Below, piece after piece: positions 48,951 to 58,509 of a stretch of DNA of 64,000 nucleotides. This DNA is from Nitrospina sp. Its GTDB lineage: Bacteria > Nitrospinota > Nitrospinia > Nitrospinales > VA-1. The translations under genes were made by a program, and so were the position numbers. Location of the stretch: NCBI GenBank assembly GCA_018653085.1, contig JABIAY010000046.1, positions 48,883-112,882 of the forward strand, written 5' to 3'. The notes beneath the pieces were generated by a model. The model did not search any database, was not told where the DNA came from, and worked only from the letters and a program-made list of their open reading frames with translations. Every line of letters starts with the position of its first letter. The stretch's first letter is position 1.

Positions 48951-50753
48951 TTAATAGTTCTGTTGTAAAAGGTTTCGCGCTTTGTCGATTTTATTTTTAA
49001 GCGTTTTGGGGTCCGGCAACTCTCCACCCAAATCGCCTTTTGGGTTCACCGTTAGAAACAGGCTGTTTTGCCACGCCCCACTGGCCTCATCATAGTTTTT
49101 CAGGGAGAACAAAATATCTCCAAGATGGTCATAAAGAACCGGGTCTGGATCGGTATAGATCATTGCCTTCTGAATTTGCGCTAACGCTTTCTCTGACTCA
49201 CCTTTTTTGAAATATATCCAACCCAGACTGTCGAGGAAATAGCCATTACGAGGCTGGGTTGTCAGGGCCTTCTTCAAGTGTACGAGGGCCTGATCAAGAT
49301 CATACCCCTCCAGCGCGTACATATAGCCTAAAAAATTATGCGCGTTGGAGTGCAAGGGGTTTAACTCAATCGCCAGCCTCATATTTTCCATGGCTCCTTT
49401 GTAATCCCCTGCCTTTTCCATCAGGGCTCCCAACTCAAAATAATAGGAATCTTTTTGAGGGCTCAAGGCCAAGGCTTTGCCCATGTATTCAATTGCCTTG
49501 TCATTTTCATTTTGGGCCATATAGGCCAGCGCCAGCGAGTGATAAAGCTGGTCGTTGTTCGGTTCCATTTCAACAGCTTTAATGAGCAGGGGCACCGACT
49601 TTTCTGTCTTTTTCATCAAGCTGTAGAGCCGTGCCGTATAAAGGATAATATCGATAGATTCCGGCTCCAGCTTCATGAGTTTTTCAAACTCCTTTACGGC
49701 TATATCCAGACGACCGTGGATTTCATAAATTCGGGCCATGAGAACATGCGGATCCTTGTAATCGTGCTCGGCGGCAACAAGTTGAAACTCTTCCAACGCT
49801 CGCATGTATAAAGTTTGCTCAAAATAAATCGTTGCGATGCGCATATGGATATTGGGCTGCTTCTCCAAGCTGGCGGGAATGCCTTCAACCTGAGAACGGT
49901 TCGGGTTCAAAGAACCCGAAGCGTGAAGCTGTGAAACTCGTTCCTTAATGAAGTCGTTATCTGGCTTCAGTTTTAACAACAGTCCATACTCTTTCAATGC
50001 GTCAATAGTTCTACCCTGACGCTCGAGCACCCAGGCTAAATGGTGTCGGGCCTGGAGCAGGTTGGGTTTCAAGGCGATAGCCTTTTCGAGACTGTTCGAG
50101 GCTTCCTCCAATTGACCGGCGCGCAAATGGGCTCGGCCCAGGTAAAACTGTACAAGAGGATTATTGGGTTCTACCATCGCCCCTTTTTTATACTCCCCCA
50201 AAGCCTGGTCAAACTGCCCCTGGCTCTCCAACAGGGAACCTTTCAATAACGGTGCCCGGGCATTGTCTGGGGAAACCTGGCTGACCCTGTCATAATGTGT
50301 GATGGCCTCTTCCAACTCACCCCGGCCGGCTAAAATATCCCCCAGGATCATCTCAATCTCTTCATTTTCAGGGAAACGGGTCAGTGCATCTCGACTGGCC
50401 TGAACAGCCTCGTCCAGTTGACCGGTGCGAAGGAGCAAGCGGATCCATTTCTCCTGGAATCTTTCTGCATCCGGGTCATGCTGGACCACTTTCTTATAAT
50501 GCGAAGCGGCCTGCTCCAACTGATATGTTTTTTCCGCCTTCATAGCCATCAGGTAATGGTAATAAGAACGGGGATCCCGTGTATCCAGCGTCTGCGAATT
50601 TTGTTTTTTATTTTCAAATGACTTGACCGCGTAAGACGAAGACAGGTCAGCATTTGTTGAGTATGGGGCGGGTGTCGCACAGCTCGCCAGAAAAAAGATC
50701 ATCAACAACCATGCATTCGACTTGCTAAACTTTCCTCTAGCTGTGGCTCTCAT
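48951..50753 (-). CDS. TPR-repeat lipoprotein
   Basis: Lipobox LASC; many TPRs; NFLGY, FLDSLGW, DHLGD C-terminal motifs. Confidence 0.9.
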   Translation of the reverse strand: MRATARGKFSKSNAWLLMIFFLASCATPAPYSTNADLSSSYAVKSFENKKQNSQTLDTRDPRSYYHYLMAMKAEKTYQLEQAASHYKKVVQHDPDAERFQEKWIRLLLRTGQLDEAVQASRDALTRFPENEEIEMILGDILAGRGELEEAITHYDRVSQVSPDNARAPLLKGSLLESQGQFDQALGEYKKGAMVEPNNPLVQFYLGRAHLRAGQLEEASNSLEKAIALKPNLLQARHHLAWVLERQGRTIDALKEYGLLLKLKPDNDFIKERVSQLHASGSLNPNRSQVEGIPASLEKQPNIHMRIATIYFEQTLYMRALEEFQLVAAEHDYKDPHVLMARIYEIHGRLDIAVKEFEKLMKLEPESIDIILYTARLYSLMKKTEKSVPLLIKAVEMEPNNDQLYHSLALAYMAQNENDKAIEYMGKALALSPQKDSYYFELGALMEKAGDYKGAMENMRLAIELNPLHSNAHNFLGYMYALEGYDLDQALVHLKKALTTQPRNGYFLDSLGWIYFKKGESEKALAQIQKAMIYTDPDPVLYDHLGDILFSLKNYDEASGAWQNSLFLTVNPKGDLGGELPDPKTLKNKIDKARNLLQQNY

Positions 50754-50793
50754 CTGTTGTCCTAAAATATGGATGAATATTCTTCAGAGCGTA

Positions 50794-51180
50794 TCAGGCA
50801 ACTGCCTTAAATACAATACTGTTTAGCAATGCTTCTCCTGCCCTGCTGTTTATTTCCTGCATGATTTTCTTTTTTAAAGAAGCTAAAACCGGTACCCACT
50901 CTTTACCCTGAACCCTGACGTGGAGTGTTCCCCGAGTCACCTTGTCGACAGCGGAAACCCCGGCGATTTCCTTTCCCACAACCAGGTTCCAGTGATAAGT
51001 CAGCCATTCCTTTTGGTTGTCCTTGGAAAACATTTCATCGGGAAGAGACTGAAAAAGAACCGACCTTATTTCCGACCAGTTCCCGCTTGCACCCTGTTTT
51101 ATTTTCTTGACCATAGACGCTACAACGGGAAAGGGTTTGACCCACCCCCCTATTTTAGCTATCTTAACGTCTAATGGCAA
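50794..51180 (-). CDS. DUF721/DciA-family protein
   Basis: W..VVGKEIA, GTLHVRV...W...L, I...IN; start uncertain. Confidence 0.7.
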   Translation of the reverse strand: MPLDVKIAKIGGWVKPFPVVASMVKKIKQGASGNWSEIRSVLFQSLPDEMFSKDNQKEWLTYHWNLVVGKEIAGVSAVDKVTRGTLHVRVQGKEWVPVLASLKKKIMQEINSRAGEALLNSIVFKAVA

Positions 51181-51197
51181 ATTACATTAGAAGTTGC

Positions 51198-51301
51198 AAA
51201 TCACCCCAGCCCCTCGTAATGTTCAGCCCTGGCACTCATGCCCGGAACGGGTACTTTGAAAAAGAGGGGTCCGTTGAAACTCCCCCTCCCACGGGAGTGG
51301 G
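51198..51301. repeat. interrupted copy of the 53806 element plus repeat module C
   Basis: AAATCACCCCAGCCCCTC [39-nt insert] TTTGAAAAAGAGGGGTCCGTTGAA...CCCTCCCACGGGAGTGGG. Confidence 0.8.
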
Positions 51302-51306
51302 CCACT

Positions 51307-52611
51307 ATGAACAAACATAAAGACATATTGCCTTCTCCAGACCCTCGACTGGCCCAATTGGAACAGCGGGTCGATCAGTTGGAGACCTGCTACAAAATTA
51401 CCTCCCTTATCAATTCCGAGCTGAACCTCTCCCATCTGCTTGACACGATCATGAATGTTGCCAAAAAGGTCATGAATGCTGATGCCTGTAGTCTGCTGCT
51501 GGTGGACGAAGAGACGGATGAGTTGGTGTTTCAAGTCGCTCTGAGCGAGGTAGGTGAAAAAATAAAAACCATGGTCCGGCTGAAAATGGGTGAAGGCATT
51601 GCCGGAACCGTAGCCAAGACAGGTGAATCCCTTATTATAGAAGATGCCTACCAGCATCCCCAATTCAATCCGGCTTATGACAAAAAATCCGGCTTCCAAA
51701 CCGGTTCTATTTTATGTTCACCGCTTAAGGCAAAAGGTAACATTCTTGGGGTCTGCCAGGTAATTCATGGGAAAAGCCAGGGTCGGGTGTTCCAGCAAAG
51801 TGACCTGGAACTTTTTCTCCTGCTCTGCGACAGTGCCGCTCTGGCTATTCATAACGCGCGCATGCATCTGGTGCTTATGGAAAACCAACGCATGGAAAAA
51901 GACATGGAATTCGCGCAATCGGTGCAGGAAAGTTTCCTGCCAACCTCCACCCCGCAACATGCGCATTTTACTTTTGCCGCCCAAACCCACGCGGCCCAGG
52001 TGGTGGGAGGCGATTATTATGATTTCATCCCTTTTGAAAACGAACTGCTCGGCATTGTCCTGGGAGATGTTTCCGGAAAAGGAGTGCCTGCCGCTCTACA
52101 AATGGCCCGATTGATGAGCGATTTTCGTTATATTTCACAAGTCGATCCGGCACCCGAAAAGGTGCTGACCCAGATTAACAACACGCTCTGCGAAAGATCC
52201 TATCGGGGTATGTTCACTACAGCAGTATTCTGCCTGCTGGATATGAAAAATAGAAAACTAAGTGTCGCCAACGGCGGCCACCTGTCGCTTCTTTTAAAAA
52301 GAGAAAACTCTATTCAAGAGATCGGTTCTGCCAGCGGTACACCCTTGGGCGTCCTCCCTAATATGCAATACAGTCAAGAGGAATACTCTCTTCAAAGCGG
52401 GGATGAGATTCTTATTTTTACCGATGGGGTGACCGAACCCAAAAACAAACAGCAGGAGGAATTCGGATTGGACCGGTTGAAAAACATGTTTGCGGATCAC
52501 GCGGGCTCGCCGGAAGAGTTTCTGCAAAACCTGGAAAACTCCATCAAACTATTTATAGGCGATGCCCCCCAATTTGACGACCTGACCTCCCTTACATTTA
52601 AAGCTCTGTAA
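51307..52611 (+). CDS. GAF + PP2C (SpoIIE/RsbU-like) serine phosphatase
   Basis: GEGIAG.VA GAF domain; VGGDYYD, GDVSGKG, FTDGVTE, DDLT. Confidence 0.92.
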   Translation: MNKHKDILPSPDPRLAQLEQRVDQLETCYKITSLINSELNLSHLLDTIMNVAKKVMNADACSLLLVDEETDELVFQVALSEVGEKIKTMVRLKMGEGIAGTVAKTGESLIIEDAYQHPQFNPAYDKKSGFQTGSILCSPLKAKGNILGVCQVIHGKSQGRVFQQSDLELFLLLCDSAALAIHNARMHLVLMENQRMEKDMEFAQSVQESFLPTSTPQHAHFTFAAQTHAAQVVGGDYYDFIPFENELLGIVLGDVSGKGVPAALQMARLMSDFRYISQVDPAPEKVLTQINNTLCERSYRGMFTTAVFCLLDMKNRKLSVANGGHLSLLLKRENSIQEIGSASGTPLGVLPNMQYSQEEYSLQSGDEILIFTDGVTEPKNKQQEEFGLDRLKNMFADHAGSPEEFLQNLENSIKLFIGDAPQFDDLTSLTFKAL

Positions 52612-52663
52612 AAGGAATGGCTCCTCGTTAAATAGCATTGCTATCGATTTATTGGGATTCAAG

Positions 52664-52692
52664 TTGACCCGTTTTAGCCACATGAATATAAT
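52664..52692 (+). promoter_or_regulatory. sigma70 promoter
   Basis: TTGACC-17 nt-TATAAT upstream of 52738. Confidence 0.7.
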
Positions 52693-52737
52693 TCACGGTG
52701 GGGTGGATAAACTTTAATACTGAACTATTGGAAAACT

Positions 52738-53706
52738 ATGACAACGATTGACAAAGATGAACTGGATTCATTGATCCAGAGCGAGTGGAATTATCTGGAG
52801 TCCGAGAAAGGTGGGTGGAGTCTTCTTGAGGGAAAGCAGGATTTGGAAGTACTGGAACATGTCTTGCGCTGTATCCTGCATCTGGATCTGACCGAGGAAA
52901 GGCCCCGGGAATTCAAGGAGTGCGTCAAGGTGCAAAATCCGGATGGCGGCTGGTCTAAAGAATCCCACACCGATAAAACCTCAATGTGGATCACCACTTT
53001 TGTTGGACTCAAACTCTGCCGGGGCAACCTGATTCTCAAGGACCCGGAAATTCAGGCCACAGTTGATAAGACCCTGGAATATGTCCTGTCCATGCAGGAA
53101 GAGGACGGGCATTGGGCCGATCCTGAGTGGTCCCATCTGGATACAACCTGTTCGGTCACTTGCTTTCTGACCATTTATCAGGTCACCCAGGATAAAACCG
53201 ATGATGAGCGCATCAATAAAGCCCGCATCAGGGGTTTCGAGTTCATTGCGAAATGGCAAAGGGATTCAGGGCTCTGGAAGGATGAAACATTTCACCCTGC
53301 AGGCATTGAGACCACCGCGCATTTGATGCAGTACACCCTGGTTCCCGCCTACTTCATGGACAAAATCGACTACGCCGGAAAAATGTGCATGGATGCGGCG
53401 GAATCGATGGTCGCCGCGCAAGCTGAAAACGGTAGCTGGGATGATGAAAATACCGACCATACTATGGATGCCTGCCGAAATCTTATGCTGGTTTCGGATA
53501 CCTTCAAGACCAAGAAAAAATACGCTCCGGTGATTGAAAAAGGCGTGCGATGGTTGATGGATATTAAAAATAAACAGGGGTGGGGAGACTTCCCGCAGGA
53601 ACCCAGCAACATCGAACGCTCCGCAGATGGATTGGACACTCTACTCAAGTTCCGGCGTTACGATAAGGGTGAACCCATGTCACATTTCTGGGCTTTTTCT
53701 AAATAA
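52738..53706 (+). CDS. prenyltransferase/squalene-cyclase repeat (QW-motif) alpha-barrel protein
   Basis: QNPDGGW, QEEDGHW, QRDSGLW, QAENGSW repeats. Confidence 0.8.
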   Translation: MTTIDKDELDSLIQSEWNYLESEKGGWSLLEGKQDLEVLEHVLRCILHLDLTEERPREFKECVKVQNPDGGWSKESHTDKTSMWITTFVGLKLCRGNLILKDPEIQATVDKTLEYVLSMQEEDGHWADPEWSHLDTTCSVTCFLTIYQVTQDKTDDERINKARIRGFEFIAKWQRDSGLWKDETFHPAGIETTAHLMQYTLVPAYFMDKIDYAGKMCMDAAESMVAAQAENGSWDDENTDHTMDACRNLMLVSDTFKTKKKYAPVIEKGVRWLMDIKNKQGWGDFPQEPSNIERSADGLDTLLKFRRYDKGEPMSHFWAFSK

Positions 53707-53790
53707 CCACTCGGCGTGGGGCCGACTGGCAATAGCTTTTACTGGCAAGCGAGAAGTATAGGCGGCTTAATGAGCTCTTGCCAGCTCCCT
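53707..53790 (+). repeat. modular intergenic repeat (A-B)
   Basis: CCACTCGGCGTGGGGCCGACTGGCAATAGCTTTTACTGGCAAGCGAGAAGTATAGGCGGCTTAATGAGCTCTTGCC directly after TAA. Confidence 0.88.
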
Positions 53791-53805
53791 TTTAAGTAAA
53801 AAAAC

Positions 53806-53880
53806 AAATCCCCCCAACCCCCTTCGTGGAAGGGGGGCTTCAATGGACCCCTCTTTTACAAAGAGGGGCTGGGGTGATTT
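53806..53880. repeat. double-hairpin REP-like element with AAATC...GATTT ends
   Basis: CCCCCTTC-GTG-GAAGGGGG and CCCCTCTTT-TAC-AAAGAGGGG hairpins. Confidence 0.8.
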
Positions 53881-53926
53881 AGAACCTCCTGCATAATATC
53901 CGGGTTAGGCCGATAAAGTTTTTTTT

Positions 53927-54682
53927 ATGGAAGCAGTCATATTACTTGCCGGTTACGGCTCCCGTCTGGACAGGCAGGACCTGCCTCATAAAGCACTTCT
54001 GCCTTTCGGCGAGGAGACACTCCTTTCCCGTCACCTGAAATGCCTGCAGGCTCTTGGCATCCGCAAAATCCATCTTGTCCTGGGGCACAACGCCTCGGCA
54101 CTGCAAGCCTATGTGCAGGACCTCAACCTGGACCTGTCCATACATTTCATCGATAACCCGGTCTACCGCACCACCGGCAACACCTTGTCAATGGTGATGG
54201 GACTCAAACATTGTCAGGATGAAACCTTGATTCTTGATGGCGATGTCCTGTATCCACCCCAGGCCCTGCTCGATTATGTCCAAAAAGCACCACGCTCTTC
54301 ATTCGCATTAATACCCGCCGACATCGACAACGCAGAATGCGCCAAAGTTTTATTGAATCCTTCAGGAACCATCCACGCGTTCATCACCAAACGGGAACTC
54401 ACCAACGAGGAAAAATCCGGTTTCGGTTTCGGCGGTGAGGCAATCGGATTTTTCGTGCTCCGTCAGGAAGATGTCCCGCAGTTTGTCGCTCTGTATGAAA
54501 ATAATGAGCCCACCTACCGACCGGTTCTTTGGGAAATCCCGTTCACCGATTTCGCCTGCAACACCCCCCTGCACCCCTGGCATATTACCCAGAATGGTTG
54601 CTTTGAAATAGATACCCAGGAAGACTATTTTGCCGCTTTGAACCACTTCCAATCCCACCCGGACCTATACCAGCTCCCGTAG
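53927..54682 (+). CDS. NTP transferase (LicC/phosphocholine cytidylyltransferase-like)
   Basis: ILLAGYGSRL, HKALL, NPVY.TTGN..S, LDGD, EIDTQED. Confidence 0.85.
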   Translation: MEAVILLAGYGSRLDRQDLPHKALLPFGEETLLSRHLKCLQALGIRKIHLVLGHNASALQAYVQDLNLDLSIHFIDNPVYRTTGNTLSMVMGLKHCQDETLILDGDVLYPPQALLDYVQKAPRSSFALIPADIDNAECAKVLLNPSGTIHAFITKRELTNEEKSGFGFGGEAIGFFVLRQEDVPQFVALYENNEPTYRPVLWEIPFTDFACNTPLHPWHITQNGCFEIDTQEDYFAALNHFQSHPDLYQLP

Positions 54683-54880
54683 TTATAAAATTTAACAATC
54701 GAGTGTAAAGATGTATGAAAAAACGATCACTTATGTGTCTAGTTATAAATTTTATTTAACTTCTGCAAAATCCACGGTCAGGTTTAAATTTTTTTTGCAC
54801 ATTTTTTTGGTAAAAAACCCCTTTTAAATACAGCGGGTTAAAGCCTTCCCTCCTGATAACACCCCATATTATCGCCTCAT

Positions 54881-54896
54881 TGGTATCCTTTTTGCT
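54881..54896 (+). promoter_or_regulatory. putative sigma54 (-24/-12) promoter
   Basis: TGGTATCCTTTTTGCT gives GG-N10-GC spacing, inside a long AT-rich upstream region. Confidence 0.55.
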
Positions 54897-54947
54897 TTTT
54901 AAAGAAAGGAAGCACCGAAGACATAATTTTAAAAAGGATTAAATTGG

Positions 54948-55250
54948 GTGAATGTTATGCAAGGCATGAATGAAAGCGTTGAGTTTCTCGCAAATGAGAT
55001 GTTTTTGATTTCCCTCGGGCAAATTGGGTTTATGTTTCTGGCCTGTTTTCTTTGCCTGCTCTACGGAAAATATAAAACGGGACTGCTGGTCTCTTATTTC
55101 TTTATTTTTTATTGGGGCTTTGTTTCCAACCGTATTTACTGGATGGAATTATTTGGTGACTCAGGGATAGGGCTCATGGTGTATTTTTTCTGTGCCGCCA
55201 GCCTGGCTCTGATTGGAGTCGTCAGCTTTTTCCAGCAAGACCACCGCTAG
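54948..55250 (+). CDS. small hypothetical 3-TM membrane protein
   Basis: Hydrophobic 100-aa ORF with an AAGGA RBS. Confidence 0.7.
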   Translation: MNVMQGMNESVEFLANEMFLISLGQIGFMFLACFLCLLYGKYKTGLLVSYFFIFYWGFVSNRIYWMELFGDSGIGLMVYFFCAASLALIGVVSFFQQDHR

Positions 55251-55340
55251 CCAGCGTGACGCTGGACCCAATGAGCCGTGGCGTTTACTACTGGTAAAAA
55301 GTTGTCTCGGCTGAAAAAGCCATTGCTCACACCCTCCCAC
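55251..55340 (+). repeat. modular intergenic repeat (D-B-partial C)
   Basis: CCAGCGTGACGCTGGACCC directly after TAG; AGTTGTCTCGGCTGAAAAAGCCATTGC; CCCTCCCAC. Confidence 0.85.
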
Positions 55341-55411
55341 AGCAATAGGCGGCTCACTCCCTCACAGGAGCAGGTGTACGTAACGGCAAAGCCTGCGTTC
55401 ACGAGCCGCAA

Positions 55412-55445
55412 AAAAACTTCCCCCCTGATAAGGGGGGAAGTTTTT
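55412..55445. terminator. bidirectional intrinsic terminator
   Basis: AAAAACTTCCCCCCT-GATA-AGGGGGGAAGTTTTT. Confidence 0.75.
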
Positions 55446-55513
55446 ATCGGTGTCTATCTGTGTTCATCGGTGGTTAATTTTTTAAAACCCTTCCCGACTT
55501 TCATTCCATCTAA

Positions 55514-56254
55514 ATGGGAGTAAAATCTGAAGCAGGATTTCTAATCGGGAGCGAGCTATTGCCTTTATCATCTTTCAAAGCGGTTTTTTTTGATGTCGGG
55601 GGAACCCTGATCCGCGTTCACCCTTCGGTCGGAGACGTCTATGCCCGACACGCACGCCCCTTCGGCTATTCTGGCTCCGTCCAGGATTTAAATGAAGGGT
55701 TCCGCGAACAATGGAAGAAAATGGGCGGCATCGAGTCTCTCGGCAATCAGAGCGGAGCCGAAGCGGAAAGAAAGTTTTGGCACAAACTTGTTTATGAGGT
55801 GTTTCAACCGCTGGGTGGACTCGACCGGTTTGAGGAATACTTCGACCTCATTTTTGAAGCGTTTCGTGAAAAATCCAACTGGCGGGTTTATGAAGATGTG
55901 ATCGAGTCAAATATTCTTGAAACCTTAAAAAAAAGAGGTGTTGTGTTAGGCGTGATTTCTAACTGGGATTCGCGGTTGATTTCCACCTTGGAAAATATAG
56001 GTCTTGCGCGTTATTTTGATTTTATCCTTCCCTCCGCCATGATCGGCTCGGCAAAACCCGATAAAAAAATATTTGAGGAAGCGTTAAAACGAAGCGGGGT
56101 CGCGCCCCATGAAGCCTGCCATATCGGCGATGAAATTCGCACCGATGTGGAGGGTGCCCAGCGTGTTGGCATTCATTCTATTCTGTTGGATCGGGATAAC
56201 CGTTTTAAGAATGCGGAAACAACTAAAGTCACTTCATTTCTGGAGTTGGTTTGA
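55514..56254 (+). CDS. HAD-IA family hydrolase (REG-2-like)
   Basis: FFDVGGTL, ISNWDSRL, KPD..IF, HIGD...DVEGA. Confidence 0.9.
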   Translation: MGVKSEAGFLIGSELLPLSSFKAVFFDVGGTLIRVHPSVGDVYARHARPFGYSGSVQDLNEGFREQWKKMGGIESLGNQSGAEAERKFWHKLVYEVFQPLGGLDRFEEYFDLIFEAFREKSNWRVYEDVIESNILETLKKRGVVLGVISNWDSRLISTLENIGLARYFDFILPSAMIGSAKPDKKIFEEALKRSGVAPHEACHIGDEIRTDVEGAQRVGIHSILLDRDNRFKNAETTKVTSFLELV

Positions 56255-56327
56255 AGACCCAAAAGGGAGAGCCTCACATAAGTCGTCTTTGCGAACGAAG
56301 TGAAGCAATCCAGAAGGTTTTACTGTT

Positions 56328-56346
56328 GAGTCCAGCGTCACGCTGG
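56328..56346. repeat. repeat module D
   Basis: GAGTCCAGCGTCACGCTGG between convergent genes. Confidence 0.75.
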
Positions 56347-56373
56347 CGGGGCCGCCGGAGGCATCGGCAGGTT

Positions 56374-56883
56374 TTACGCTTTATGGCCTTTTACGCCATC
56401 CAGCTTGGCATTTTTAAAGCTGGCATCTTTGGTAACAGTAGAGGTCAAATCTGCTTTGGAGAGATTGGCTCCATGAAAAGAGACGGCAGTGCAGTCGCTT
56501 TGCCTCATATCACAACCCACCATGGAGGCAAAGGTCATGCTGGCTTTTTTGCATTTTGCCTTGAGGAACTTCGCTCCTTCCATTTTGGCGCGGCTGAACG
56601 AAGCATTTTCCAGGTTGGTGAGACACAGGTCGGCTTCTTTTAAATTGGCCTCACTAAAATCGGCATCCCTCATGTCGGAACTTCGGAAATTACATTTGGA
56701 TAAAAAGGATTTGTTGAACTTGGCCTTTTTCAGCGAACAATTGCTGAAATTGGTAGCGGCAATCGTTCTCTCACTGAAATCAAAACCGTTAAGATCCAAC
56801 CCGGAAAAATCCATATTAGTGAAATGAGTCTGCGACTCATCGTCAAGCATTGCTTTTATTTTTGCCACCGTTGTATTAGCCAT
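56374..56883 (-). CDS. pentapeptide repeat protein
   Basis: Tandem A(D/N)(L/F)xx repeats. Confidence 0.9.
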   Translation of the reverse strand: MANTTVAKIKAMLDDESQTHFTNMDFSGLDLNGFDFSERTIAATNFSNCSLKKAKFNKSFLSKCNFRSSDMRDADFSEANLKEADLCLTNLENASFSRAKMEGAKFLKAKCKKASMTFASMVGCDMRQSDCTAVSFHGANLSKADLTSTVTKDASFKNAKLDGVKGHKA

Positions 56884-56964
56884 TGAGTCCCTTTGGTCAA
56901 TTCAAATCTGTATCTGCTAAATATAGCTGGTCACAACAACCTTGACAAGAAGTAATTTATTTCC

Positions 56965-58503
56965 CTAAATATTAAGCCTTTTGGGCTGATCCCCGTCCTC
57001 GAAAGACCCCGCTAACCGTATTTTTTTTCGACTCTTCCAGAGTTCCAGGGCCAATAAAACGTAAAATGGGAGGTATTCCACCCAGGGAATCCACAGGCTG
57101 AATTCCTGCAGTTCCTGGTAGTCAAAATAAAAGTCCAGGTAATAGAACCCTACTAGTCCGGTCAAAACAATCCACGCCCGTCCGGGAAATATACACAAAA
57201 AGGGCACTACCCAGCAGAGATACCACGGGTTTTGCACCGGACTCAGAAGAAAGACCAGCGCCATGATCCAGAAAAATCCGCGCACAAATTCCACAGGCTG
57301 TTCAATAAGGGAGACTCTCCTGTACAGGAGCCACAATAAAACCCCGGTTAAGGTGATAACGACCGAAACCTTGCTCAGGAAAATCGGTAGAGGATTAGAC
57401 AGAATCATTTCATTCCCGCCCAGAACACTCTCAAAAATGAAAACCAGAATGGCAAAAATGCTGTCGTTGCTCTGCCAGTATAAGGTGAAGGCTTTAAGCC
57501 CATCGAACATCTGCAACCCGATTCCCATAAAGGGTAGGTATCCCAAAGCGATTACCGCTAGAAATAAAACACTGTTCCGCAGGAGAGCCAACCGGGCTCT
57601 TTTTTTATCCTGCGACATTTTTTCATAACAGGCCTGAAGGTATAAGGGGAACAAAATTATAGGATACAGTTTTCCCAGGAAGCTGAAGGCCAGAAACAGG
57701 GTCGCCAGGGTGTGGCGATGGCTGACCAGAAAATAGATGGAACCGCAGAGCAGGGATATCCCGATGATATCCAAATGGGTTGAGTTAAAAGTTTCCTTGA
57801 TTACCAGAGGACTCCAGAAGTAAATCAGGCAACCGGCTTTATCCCGTCCCAGCCTGGAAAGAATGCCGATGATAAAACCCAACGCCATAACATCAAAAAT
57901 TAAAAACCCTACCCGCATGGCGATGATGCTGTCGGGTTTTAGCTGATGCACCAGGCGAAATACAAACTGCGCCATCGGCGGATAGATCGTTGCCACATCC
58001 GGATGGTTCACCCGGTCCAGATTTTTAAGAGACTGGGGCGACTCCCATTTTAACGCATCCAATTGCTCCAGTTCGCGCTCGTTGCGCTCGACATAAGTTT
58101 CATAATAGTTTTCCGGATTCTGAATTCTCAGTTCCTTGAAGTTGTGCACTTCGGCAGGGGCGTATTCAAATGGATTGATCCCCTGCGCGAACACTTTTCC
58201 ATCCCACAAATAGCGGTATACGTCATCCTCTTGAATCTGCTGGGAGGGGAGGATGGCAACACGAAACAACAGGCCGAACACAATGACCATCCAGAAAATG
58301 CCCCGGTCTCCGGGACGCTTGTGCACAAAAAACCAGGTCAGGCCATAAAGTATTGACAGGGAAAAATAAACAGCGAGATAGGTGAGGAGGGGTCTTTCTG
58401 AATATCCTTCTCCCCAGTTGAATTGCCGGGAAAGCTGGGTCAGGAAACTATAAAGCAGGAGGCTCGCTATCCCCGTCAGCAGGATCGGAAGGCGGGAACG
58501 CAT
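56965..58503 (-). CDS. GT-C-type membrane glycosyltransferase (GT87/DUF2029-like)
   Basis: EDDVYRYLWDG, TIYPP, WSPL..KE...S.HLD, VQNPWY; many TM helices. Confidence 0.75.
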   Translation of the reverse strand: MRSRLPILLTGIASLLLYSFLTQLSRQFNWGEGYSERPLLTYLAVYFSLSILYGLTWFFVHKRPGDRGIFWMVIVFGLLFRVAILPSQQIQEDDVYRYLWDGKVFAQGINPFEYAPAEVHNFKELRIQNPENYYETYVERNERELEQLDALKWESPQSLKNLDRVNHPDVATIYPPMAQFVFRLVHQLKPDSIIAMRVGFLIFDVMALGFIIGILSRLGRDKAGCLIYFWSPLVIKETFNSTHLDIIGISLLCGSIYFLVSHRHTLATLFLAFSFLGKLYPIILFPLYLQACYEKMSQDKKRARLALLRNSVLFLAVIALGYLPFMGIGLQMFDGLKAFTLYWQSNDSIFAILVFIFESVLGGNEMILSNPLPIFLSKVSVVITLTGVLLWLLYRRVSLIEQPVEFVRGFFWIMALVFLLSPVQNPWYLCWVVPFLCIFPGRAWIVLTGLVGFYYLDFYFDYQELQEFSLWIPWVEYLPFYVLLALELWKSRKKIRLAGSFEDGDQPKRLNI

Positions 58504-58509
58504 GCCAAG

